Assembly: GCA_964449965.1 (NCBI GenBank)
Contig: CAYVEO010000007.1
Span: 1 to 60,472, forward strand
Direction: 5' to 3'
DNA: 60,472 bases
Source of the DNA: an uncultured Planctomycetia bacterium
GTDB taxonomy: Bacteria > Omnitrophota > Gorgyraeia > CAYVEO01
The position numbers were made by a program, and so were the translations under genes. Shown in pieces: positions 8,488 to 16,528 of the stretch. The notes beneath the pieces are model-generated. The model was not told the origin of the DNA, did no database searches, and worked only from the letters and a program-made list of their open reading frames with translations. Within the stretch, counting starts at the first letter, position 1. Every line of letters starts with the position of its first letter.

Positions 8488-9576
8488 TCATCTAAATTCC
8501 TCACTTACTGTCTTCGGGTCAAATTCAATATCTTGCACACCTGTATTTAACTGAACATTTTCAAATGTAGTCGTGGTCACAAATTCACCACTACTTAAGT
8601 GCAAGGTGTTTACCATCTTCGTTGGAACCCATGCCTTACCGAGCTTTTCAATACCTTCGTATTCAAGTGTCTGCACGAGCATTTCTCCCTGATATAATAA
8701 CGACTTTGCCATTATACCCTTTTGTCTGTCTATATTCAAGGATAAATATGTCCATGCTCCATTATCTTGCTTAGGAGCTGCGAGCACAGTAGCATCTTTC
8801 ACATCTTCTCCCTTTTCGCTACCCTGTTCCAGTAACACATCATGTCCTTCTATGAATTTGTCTAACCCATAGAAAATATCCATCTGATTTAAGTTGCTGC
8901 TATCCGTCCCTGTCCCTTCTAAATAGTTCACCTCTTGATAACTCCCTAATGCATTGACAAGATACATCTTTTCCCCAGATACAATAGTTGCCCCGCTCTT
9001 TTTATTTCTGTCCTGATTTGTCCAATTCTCTATCTTCTGATTATCCGGTGCTCTAAATATGAACCTCCCATATTTTTGAGTCCCAAATACTTCCCCATTT
9101 AACGTTGATGTAATAGTTAAATCTGCCTTTAGGTCTTGTATCTGGGCATAATTATCTTGGACCTTTTCTAATACAACCTTTGCTGCATTAGATGTCTTTA
9201 ATGAATCCCCTGATAAATATCTGTATGATACAAGAACTATACTACCCTCTGGTATCGGTTTGATTACCTCACCCTTTCCTACTGTTCCCCAGATAGAATT
9301 TGTAAACCCACTCTCTTGTGCATGGGCATTGTATGCAAGGTAATTCTTCCCACGCTCATAAATAGTCCCTGTCGCCTCATCTTTAATTGTTACACTCCCC
9401 GGCAACAATATCCCGCCTTCCGGAATATTTAACATAAATGAACTACCAGATACCACATGCCGTTCATCTATGACCTGTGTCCCTGGTAAAGCAGGATTAT
9501 TGCCACCCCACGTAATAGGATTAAAGATAAAAAATGATACCAAAACCAACAAATTTTTTATTGCATACCTTCGCAT
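8488..9576 (-). CDS. Secreted protein with C-terminal LolA/RseB-like (lipoprotein-carrier fold) region
   Basis: 362 aa with an N-terminal signal peptide. From about residue 130, VLEKVQDNYAQIQDLKADLTITS...GRFIFRAPDNQKIE resembles LolA-like domains. The assignment is tentative. Confidence 0.4.
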   Translation of the reverse strand: MRRYAIKNLLVLVSFFIFNPITWGGNNPALPGTQVIDERHVVSGSSFMLNIPEGGILLPGSVTIKDEATGTIYERGKNYLAYNAHAQESGFTNSIWGTVGKGEVIKPIPEGSIVLVSYRYLSGDSLKTSNAAKVVLEKVQDNYAQIQDLKADLTITSTLNGEVFGTQKYGRFIFRAPDNQKIENWTNQDRNKKSGATIVSGEKMYLVNALGSYQEVNYLEGTGTDSSNLNQMDIFYGLDKFIEGHDVLLEQGSEKGEDVKDATVLAAPKQDNGAWTYLSLNIDRQKGIMAKSLLYQGEMLVQTLEYEGIEKLGKAWVPTKMVNTLHLSSGEFVTTTTFENVQLNTGVQDIEFDPKTVSEEFR

Positions 9577-9598
9577 ATCTCATCCTCCATTCTAAATT

Positions 9599-9622
9599 GT
9601 AGGGGCGGCATTTATGACGCCC
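9599..9622 (+). repeat. REP-like GTAG-headed palindrome
   Basis: GTAGGGGCGGCATTTATGACGCCC. With 3 nt of flank on each side (9596-9625), 27 of 30 nt are identical to 32068-32097. Confidence 0.7.
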
Positions 9623-9627
9623 GTTGC

Positions 9628-9651
9628 GGGTTCAATGAATTGAACCCCTAC
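9628..9651 (-). repeat. REP-like GTAG-headed palindrome (inverted partner of 9599-9622)
   Basis: The minus strand reads GTAG-GGGTTCAAT-TC-ATTGAACCC with a perfect 9-bp stem. It forms a head-out inverted doublet with the preceding unit. Confidence 0.65.
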
Positions 9652-9657
9652 ATTGTT

Positions 9658-9696
9658 ATTGCGAGCCCCGACGTAACGTCGGGACGTGGCAATCTA
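9658..9696 (-). repeat. Degenerate REP-like unit
   Basis: Outer ATTGC/GCAAT and inner CCCGACG-TAA-CGTCGGG hairpin, the same hairpin core as 15850-15870. The head is ATAG instead of GTAG. Confidence 0.45.
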
Positions 9697-9708
9697 TATT
9701 TGTGTACA

Positions 9709-9752
9709 GGAATTTCAAAATATTGTAGTTGCCGAGCTTGCTCGGCCTAATT
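9709..9752 (+). repeat. REP-like element (GAATTTCAA..GTAG-TT-hairpin family), opposite orientation to its two relatives
   Basis: GGAATTTCAAAATATTGTAGTTGCCGAGCTTGCTCGGCCTAATTTT. It abuts the stop codon of the 1240-aa gene. Confidence 0.7.
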
Positions 9753-12700
9753 TTACTGAACTATTATCGCCCCACTTGTTGCCATATTACCCAATGCATC
9801 CGTAACTGTTACTGTGCACGTCCCATTACATACTGCTGTGAATAACCCATTGCTGTCTACTTTCCCTACATTCTCGTCACTTGTAACCCATGCAAGCGGC
9901 TCTTTACCATGCGCCTCTAATTGAGACGTTTTACCTACATCCATACTACTCGGATAACCTGGCTTTAGACGTATTTGGAATCTATCCCCTATACCCAAAT
10001 CATTTGTCATATCTTGTGATAATGTGAATTGTCTTATTATATCCCATTCTACATTCTCTTCTTGAATTGCCGGTGATAATAGTGTAGTTTTCACCCGTAA
10101 TGTGTTATTGTTATCCACCTGCTCTAACCACCACGATACCTTCGTCCCCCATCCTCCTGTTGTCGCTGGACATCCTAAATATTCTGTTAACCCCTCTACC
10201 TCTGCCTCTATAGTATTCACAGGGCTACTTATTGCTATATCCCCTTCCCATCTAAAATCTCCACTAAATGTCCCGTTTAATGCTCCACTAAATTCTATAG
10301 GATATGGTAACTCTGGACTATTATGCCATCTAAAACTATACCCCCTCAACTTTATATGCCCGTCTACTTTTGCTATCTGAAATATCCTTTCAGGTATATT
10401 CTGGAATATTGCACTTCCTCCGCTTGGCCCTTCCACATTCACTGTTATACCTGAGTTGCTTTCATATGTGTACCCTGCCCACCCTCCACCAGGCATAATT
10501 ATATAACCTATATCTCCATGCCATGTCCCTACCATTGTCCCCCATGGCCTGCTGCGGTCATAGCATCGGCCATCTCCTTGTCCTTCTACATCTCCTGATG
10601 TATATGCATAATGTTCTCTACACTCTAACAAGTCTCCCCAGTTTATCCTGGAATTTTCACACCGCTCTTCTATAGTTATTGGTCCACCCCATCTCGTTAC
10701 TGTCCTTGTACCACCTCTCATCATCTGCATTACCGATGGCGTTGTATATCCTAAATAGAATACAAATCTCGTTAACTGATTTAATGTATTCGTTACTTCA
10801 TCTATGTCACTCTGGTATACGTATCCTGTATTATTTTTCCACCTGTCTCTCCCGGGTCCTGTCAGGTCTATCCCCATTGCTTTCTGATACAATACAGGGA
10901 ACCCTCCTGTCTGATTCCATGGCTTATTCCCCTCATCATTCCATGCCCTCTTTATCAATCCTTCTATCGCCTGCCTGTAAGATACTATTCCTTCAAGTAC
11001 CGGCACTGGTAAATTTGCTGCTTCGTATCTTGTCTTTATCTCTTCCTTTATCATTCTATCCCACTCATCAAACCCCTTAGGCATAGATATCCTTTTTAAT
11101 TCATAAACTGTTCCATTACTTGCTGCATAAAACATTGGCTCACTTTTGCCTTCTAAATTGGTTGGTCTATATCCTAACCCTGTTATATTGCCTATCGTAT
11201 CTACCTTTTCATATTCAAGAGTAGAAGGGGATGGGGTAATATCTGTTACCATTGTCCCCTGAGCACCCCCAAACCATATTTCAGAGTTTACATTCCGTAA
11301 TACTGCATATGGAGTGAAATTACTTCCTGCATCATAGATACCCTCTATTGTACCATTTGAATTTAATCTATAATTCTTACCTGTAAGCCCTGAAGCTACC
11401 CATAACCAACCATCATAGTCTATCCCGTCCGGCCTTATTGATACCTCCCAATATCTCTTGCCATCTGGTGTATCCTCACTCTCACCATATATGTTATACT
11501 TTCTGATTGTATTGTCGGCAAAACTTGCATAAAAGTTATTGCCCTGGCCGGTTATGCCCAATCCTTGTGTCCTTATCGGTATTGTACCACTTAATAACTC
11601 ACGTTCCGTAAGAATAAACTCACTTACCACTGCTGACTTACCGTCTGTAAATGATGTGGGCACATCAAAACACCATGCATTACCTATCCCAGAATTACTC
11701 CCTACTGTGTACATATACCACGTCTTCTCTGTCACTTGCTTTGGCTCTGATGAAATACCTGCTGGGTTGAGGACTGTCAATTTGATTGTGTATGTCGCTT
11801 CTGGATTTGTTCCGCTCGGTAACATTACATCTTCCTGAAACTCTGCTACTGGGCTGGATGAATTATTTGGATTCCATAGTGTCGTCGGCTTGAGCGGCGT
11901 ATATCCTGTTATTGGGTCTGGTTTTCGGACCTCACTAAATATAGGATTAAAATTATCTCCTGCTTTGTAGAGTTCTATATTTATTGATGAGTCTGCCGGT
12001 AGATATTCATCATATACCTTACCCTCAAGCGTAACAGTTGCCCCAGATTCCCATACAAACCCTTCTTGTGGCTTGGCTATCTCTAAGCGTGGTTTGGTAT
12101 AGTCTATCAATTTTAGTAACGCACTTGCTTCATCATCTGTTTCAGATGCTGCAGGTATTGCCTCATCTGCATGAAAACCTCTTATCTCTACTTCTGGCTC
12201 TATTACTTTATTATCCCCTCCCTTTATCGGCTTATCTAACTTGAATACCCGCTCACTACTACCCTTTATACCTTGTTGACTATACAAGAATACTACCCCA
12301 TCACCAACTGCATTAGATGTTATGTTCTCTACTATCACTAGACCAAGTGCTTCCTCTAATATTTCTTTAATTATTCCTTTAGGTTTACCCTCTTCTATCA
12401 ATTTACTTATGTACTCCTGCAATGCTAATCCTAACTGCATCCCACCAGGTGTAAACCGGCTGGATATTACTCGCACAGGAACATTTGATGGATATGAGCG
12501 ATTAGCTAATTCACCTAAATAGCCATTACCGAAAAACAAAAGCGTTACCGGGTCCATATCATTCACTGCATCCCCATCCGGGTCTATCTTTGAGAACCAT
12601 TCAAGGTTTACATCTAATCCTTCCATTATAACGGCTACTGTAGCCCAGGCTATCTTGGATTTGAATGGTATAAATTGTACCAATGATACTGCATTCGCCG

Positions 12701-13475
12701 CAGTCGCTAACGGACTGCCTAAATGCGGTGTCCCTACCGTTACAATGCCTGCTACATTGTCTTTTGAATTAGAATATTTAGAATTGGTAACATACTCTCT
12801 TGCAGATAATCCTCCCATTGAATGGCATACCAGAAGTGCCTTGAATGATGTTGCATTGGGTGGTAGATAATTCTTAAGTACAGGACCACCACCTACCTCA
12901 GGACTATCATCATATAGATATTTTGACAAATCATGAATTGGCTGTCCTCTCAAGGCATATGATACCTTATCTCCCCAGCCAGGGTCCCCTTCATTCCTCC
13001 TGAAGTAACCGTCTTTCCCTATCTTGCCAAATACCACATAGTGGTCTCCACGAATCCCTCCCTTGTATGTATCTACTGAACTGTTACGGTCTATTGTCTG
13101 TTCTGTATCTGTTAATTTGGAATCAAAAAATTCTATGGTTTCTAAATAGGGGAATTGAGTGAATGAGTAACCCTCTCTCTTTAATGCCAGATTTACACGA
13201 AAATATTTATTAAAATACTTATCAAGCACTGCTGTAGGTTTTTTCTGCTCTGTTGCCTGGTCCTTAGCATTAGGGTCTGGGTTCCAGGTGTAGTTACTTC
13301 CCCCTGCAAATCCATGGAGGAAAAGAATAGGATATGGACGGTAGGAACGTTTATCATTTTGCCATGGATTATCACCACCTATAATTTCTGCATTTATATC
13401 TATTTGAAAGAGTCCTATAAACATTACTCCCAGAACGTACAACCAATTCCATCCTATAAGAATTCTTTTAGCCAT
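9753..13475 (-). CDS. Large secreted multidomain protein: N-terminal alpha/beta-hydrolase (lipase/PGAP1-like), C-terminal Big_2 Ig-like domain
   Basis: 1240 aa with a signal peptide. PILFLHGFAGG, nucleophile elbow CHSMGG and TVGTPHLGSP are typical of lipase class 2/PGAP1-like hydrolases. The C-terminus VTSDENVGKVDSNGLFTAV..GTCTVTVTD matches Big_2. The middle 800 aa are unassigned and beta-rich. Confidence 0.6.
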   Translation of the reverse strand: MAKRILIGWNWLYVLGVMFIGLFQIDINAEIIGGDNPWQNDKRSYRPYPILFLHGFAGGSNYTWNPDPNAKDQATEQKKPTAVLDKYFNKYFRVNLALKREGYSFTQFPYLETIEFFDSKLTDTEQTIDRNSSVDTYKGGIRGDHYVVFGKIGKDGYFRRNEGDPGWGDKVSYALRGQPIHDLSKYLYDDSPEVGGGPVLKNYLPPNATSFKALLVCHSMGGLSAREYVTNSKYSNSKDNVAGIVTVGTPHLGSPLATAANAVSLVQFIPFKSKIAWATVAVIMEGLDVNLEWFSKIDPDGDAVNDMDPVTLLFFGNGYLGELANRSYPSNVPVRVISSRFTPGGMQLGLALQEYISKLIEEGKPKGIIKEILEEALGLVIVENITSNAVGDGVVFLYSQQGIKGSSERVFKLDKPIKGGDNKVIEPEVEIRGFHADEAIPAASETDDEASALLKLIDYTKPRLEIAKPQEGFVWESGATVTLEGKVYDEYLPADSSINIELYKAGDNFNPIFSEVRKPDPITGYTPLKPTTLWNPNNSSSPVAEFQEDVMLPSGTNPEATYTIKLTVLNPAGISSEPKQVTEKTWYMYTVGSNSGIGNAWCFDVPTSFTDGKSAVVSEFILTERELLSGTIPIRTQGLGITGQGNNFYASFADNTIRKYNIYGESEDTPDGKRYWEVSIRPDGIDYDGWLWVASGLTGKNYRLNSNGTIEGIYDAGSNFTPYAVLRNVNSEIWFGGAQGTMVTDITPSPSTLEYEKVDTIGNITGLGYRPTNLEGKSEPMFYAASNGTVYELKRISMPKGFDEWDRMIKEEIKTRYEAANLPVPVLEGIVSYRQAIEGLIKRAWNDEGNKPWNQTGGFPVLYQKAMGIDLTGPGRDRWKNNTGYVYQSDIDEVTNTLNQLTRFVFYLGYTTPSVMQMMRGGTRTVTRWGGPITIEERCENSRINWGDLLECREHYAYTSGDVEGQGDGRCYDRSRPWGTMVGTWHGDIGYIIMPGGGWAGYTYESNSGITVNVEGPSGGSAIFQNIPERIFQIAKVDGHIKLRGYSFRWHNSPELPYPIEFSGALNGTFSGDFRWEGDIAISSPVNTIEAEVEGLTEYLGCPATTGGWGTKVSWWLEQVDNNNTLRVKTTLLSPAIQEENVEWDIIRQFTLSQDMTNDLGIGDRFQIRLKPGYPSSMDVGKTSQLEAHGKEPLAWVTSDENVGKVDSNGLFTAVCNGTCTVTVTDALGNMATSGAIIVQ

Positions 13476-13494
13476 TTTCGTCCTCTGTTCTATG

Positions 13495-14589
13495 TCACTT
13501 GTCCCATTTCTTAAAGTGGGTCTTCTTCAGAACCTTTATTGCCTTATCCCTATCTGTGCTATCTATATATACAACACATATATCTGCATCAAGTCCTGCA
13601 TTACTTCCTACTATCTTCTCTCCATCAGGTGATAGTCTGGGATAAGTTGGTATAGCTGCTAATTTGGTAAGTTTAAAATGGTTCCATGTCTCTGTATCAC
13701 GTGTTCCTGCTGCCAATACATATTTCCCATCTGGACTCCAATCATAAATACGTCCTCCCCATTCAAATTTCTTATTACTCAATACATGATAATTCTCCCC
13801 CAGTTCTAAAAGGTGACAGTCGTATCCGGGAAGACCTTCACTATACAAAATCTTCCTTCCAGTCGGGTCCCATATCCCTTCAGTCCCAGGCTCCACTAAC
13901 TTCCTCTTCCCTGTCCCATCTATATTTATCAGCCAGAGGGCACCTAGTAAAGGTGGTGGAGGTTCATTCGGGAACTCGCCCTGATGTCTCTTAAAATATC
14001 TCTCATATGCCTCTATTGCACTAGGGTCGGTAGCGGTGTATAAGATTAACTTACCATCCGGTGAAAGACGGGCATATCCTCCTTTTCCTATCTTCTTTAA
14101 CTCACTACCATCTGTCTTCATCGTGTAAATCGTACCACTGCTAAATACTATCAAGTCTTTACTACAACTATAATAATCCTGTGTAAGTGGTGGGATAATT
14201 ATATCCGGAATCTTTATTTTCTTATCCCCTTCTATTATATAATACCGGGGCATACTCCCTTCTACGCCTGCCTCCACAAATCTAAACTGCTTCAGAATCT
14301 TTTCATCTTCTCCATTCAAATCCATTGTGCATATAAAGTAGTCTGTCCAAATACGCTCTGATGTATTATTCCCTATTTCTGCCAGCCACCCATAATTAAA
14401 CTTTACAGTCTCAACCTGCTTGGTATAGATGATGCGTTCGTTATTGAGCCATGCAGGTGACCAGTAACTTATACCCTCCCCACCCTTCGGCTTACCTGCC
14501 CCGCAACTACATAAGACTATGCTTAAAAATGTTATTATAACGGATAATCTACTCATAAATTTACTTTGAATCAGAAAACATCTTTGCAT
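13495..14589 (-). CDS. TolB-like beta-propeller lipoprotein (PD40/WD40-like repeats)
   Basis: 364 aa. The likely start is Met12 (14556), giving MSRLSVIITFLSIVLC (lipobox-like). Repeated LSPDGK / WSPDGKY / LSPDGEK PD40 signatures. Confidence 0.6.
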   Translation of the reverse strand: MQRCFLIQSKFMSRLSVIITFLSIVLCSCGAGKPKGGEGISYWSPAWLNNERIIYTKQVETVKFNYGWLAEIGNNTSERIWTDYFICTMDLNGEDEKILKQFRFVEAGVEGSMPRYYIIEGDKKIKIPDIIIPPLTQDYYSCSKDLIVFSSGTIYTMKTDGSELKKIGKGGYARLSPDGKLILYTATDPSAIEAYERYFKRHQGEFPNEPPPPLLGALWLINIDGTGKRKLVEPGTEGIWDPTGRKILYSEGLPGYDCHLLELGENYHVLSNKKFEWGGRIYDWSPDGKYVLAAGTRDTETWNHFKLTKLAAIPTYPRLSPDGEKIVGSNAGLDADICVVYIDSTDRDKAIKVLKKTHFKKWDK

Positions 14590-14634
14590 AAAGTTTATTA
14601 CTTATTCTGAAACCCAAATCTATTAACTGGTCAA

Positions 14635-14916
14635 CTATCTTCTTTTTGTTATCTGTCGCTCACTTTCGTAATCTTTCTCACTATACTCATAGGCAGGTAT
14701 GCCGTGTTCCTTTAATACCTCCATGAATTTAATTCTGCTCGTCCCTGCCAATTCTGTTGCCTTTCCAAGCGATATGGTTTTTTCCTGAAATAAGGTCATA
14801 GCCAGTGCCATTTTTAATTTCTTTTTTACTTCTTCTGGTTTTTCCAATCCTTTCATTACAAATATTATGTCTTCAGGAATCTCTATTTCTATCCGTTCAG
14901 CTTTAATTGTCCCCAT
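14635..14916 (-). CDS. UPF0175-family small protein (antitoxin-like), no partner seen
   Basis: 93 aa. LAMTLFQEKTISLGKATELAGTSRIKFMEVLKEHGIP matches the UPF0175 pattern. Confidence 0.6.
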   Translation of the reverse strand: MGTIKAERIEIEIPEDIIFVMKGLEKPEEVKKKLKMALAMTLFQEKTISLGKATELAGTSRIKFMEVLKEHGIPAYEYSEKDYESERQITKRR

Positions 14917-14971
14917 TGTTACCTCCTCTCGATATAACGTCCTTTTGTATGTCCATTATCTATCTCTTTTC

Positions 14972-16528
14972 CTATTCTAACCATTGGTCAGCACAGTAGG
15001 AACTTCGGACAAAAGGGGCGCTTGCAACGTATCTAAAACCTAACGCCTTTGCCAAATCCGCATATTCCTTAAATTCGTCCGGATGGACGAATCTAAAAAC
15101 CTCTAATTTACCATTTGAAGGTTTGAGATACTGTCCTATTGTAAGCATATCACAACCTACAGCCCTGAGGTCTTCCAATACATCAACAACCTCTTCTTTT
15201 TCTTCACCCATCCCCAGCATAAGCCCGCTCTTTGTCCTAAGTTCAGGAGAGTCCTCCCTTGCATATCTTAAGACTGATAACGACCTTTCATAATCTGCCC
15301 CTGCCCTTACCCGTTTATAAAGTCTGGGAACCGTTTCTACGTTATGATTAAAGATTGTCGGTTCTGCTTCTAATACCTTTCTTATCGCCTCTTTCTTCCC
15401 GTTAAAGTCAGGTGTAAGAACCTCTATTGTGGCAAGGGGAAGTTGAGCCCGGACATCTCTTATGGTAGCAGCAAAATGAGAAGCGCCTCCATCCTCAAGG
15501 TCATCCCTCGTAACTGACGTAATTACTACGTGTCTTAAATTCAGCCTCTTTGCTGCCCCTGCTACTCTCAATGCTTCGTCATAATCAGGTCCCTCTGGCA
15601 CCCCGGAATCCACCGCACAAAAGCCGCAATTCCTCGTGCATACATTTCCTAATATTAAAAACGTAGCAGTGCCTCTTGAGAAACATTCATTGATATTGGG
15701 ACATTTAGCACTATCGCATACGGTATGTAAGGAAAGGGAATCAATGACCTCTCTCGTATAGACATCTCTCCCGCCAACGTCTAATTTCTTCTTAAGCCAC
15801 GGCGGAAATCTTTTTACTTCTACTTCCGTCACAAAACACCTTAAATTAAGCCCCGACGTAACGTCGGGGCAACTACAATATTTTGAAATTCCTAAACTAA
15901 AACTCTCTATGAAATTTCTCTTGACTTCATTCACACTAATGGCTCTTCCTAGACACTCCTCCATAGAGGTCATCTTTGCTGCCACCAGCCCGCATGGGTT
16001 AATCATTGAGAAATGGCTCATGTCAGGATTTATATTTAAGGCAAGCCCATGATAACTTATCCATCTCCTGACGCCTATGCCTATAGACGCAATCTTCTTA
16101 TCACCAACCCAGACGCCGGTATAATGCGGGACCCTGCTGCCTGTAATTTGATAGCATGATAAAAATCTTATAATAACCTCTTCCAAGCCCCTTAAGAACT
16201 TATGTATGTCTCCATCTGTAATGCCCTTAATGTCCATGATAGGATAGGCAACTAACTGACCGGGCCCATGATAGGTCACATCACCACCCCGGTCTATTTC
16301 AAATATAGAAACACCTTTTTTCTTTGACGTTCCTTCATCTATCAGGACGTTCTTCCTTGACCCGGAGCGGCCTATCGTGATAACAGGTGGGTGTTCTGCA
16401 AGAAGCAGGGTATCAGGAACCTCCCCGAACCGCCTGTTCTGGAGAATCTCCTGCTGGATTTTATAGGCATCTTTATATTCAATCAAACCCAAGTCAATTA
16501 CATTAAGGGACGTGGATTGCCCTTCCAT
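14972..16528 (-). CDS. lipB-lipA: Fused octanoyltransferase LipB / lipoyl synthase LipA
   Basis: The N-terminal half has the LipB pattern (LIEYKDAY..LLLAEHPPVITIGRSG, HGPGQLV). The C-terminal half is LipA (LHTVCDSAKCPNINEC and the radical-SAM CTRNCGFC). I chose the Met18 start, which reduces the overlap with lpdA to 26 nt; the longest ORF extends to 16579. Confidence 0.85.
   Translation of the reverse strand: MEGQSTSLNVIDLGLIEYKDAYKIQQEILQNRRFGEVPDTLLLAEHPPVITIGRSGSRKNVLIDEGTSKKKGVSIFEIDRGGDVTYHGPGQLVAYPIMDIKGITDGDIHKFLRGLEEVIIRFLSCYQITGSRVPHYTGVWVGDKKIASIGIGVRRWISYHGLALNINPDMSHFSMINPCGLVAAKMTSMEECLGRAISVNEVKRNFIESFSLGISKYCSCPDVTSGLNLRCFVTEVEVKRFPPWLKKKLDVGGRDVYTREVIDSLSLHTVCDSAKCPNINECFSRGTATFLILGNVCTRNCGFCAVDSGVPEGPDYDEALRVAGAAKRLNLRHVVITSVTRDDLEDGGASHFAATIRDVRAQLPLATIEVLTPDFNGKKEAIRKVLEAEPTIFNHNVETVPRLYKRVRAGADYERSLSVLRYAREDSPELRTKSGLMLGMGEEKEEVVDVLEDLRAVGCDMLTIGQYLKPSNGKLEVFRFVHPDEFKEYADLAKALGFRYVASAPFVRSSYCADQWLE
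15830..15842 (-). promoter_or_regulatory. Possible internal SD (AAGGTG) plus GTG start for an independent LipA
   Basis: The minus strand reads AAGGTG-TTTT-GTG immediately after the REP-like element. This is the same position as the acsE SD after its REP copy. The 4-nt spacing is short. Confidence 0.3.
15843..15892 (-). repeat. REP-like element embedded in frame between the LipB and LipA domains
   Basis: The minus strand reads GGAATTTCAAAATATTGTAGTTGCCCCGACGTTACGTCGGGGCTTAATTT. It has the same flanks as 3316-3360 and 9709-9752 and is translated as GISKYCSCPDVTSGLNL. Confidence 0.7.
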
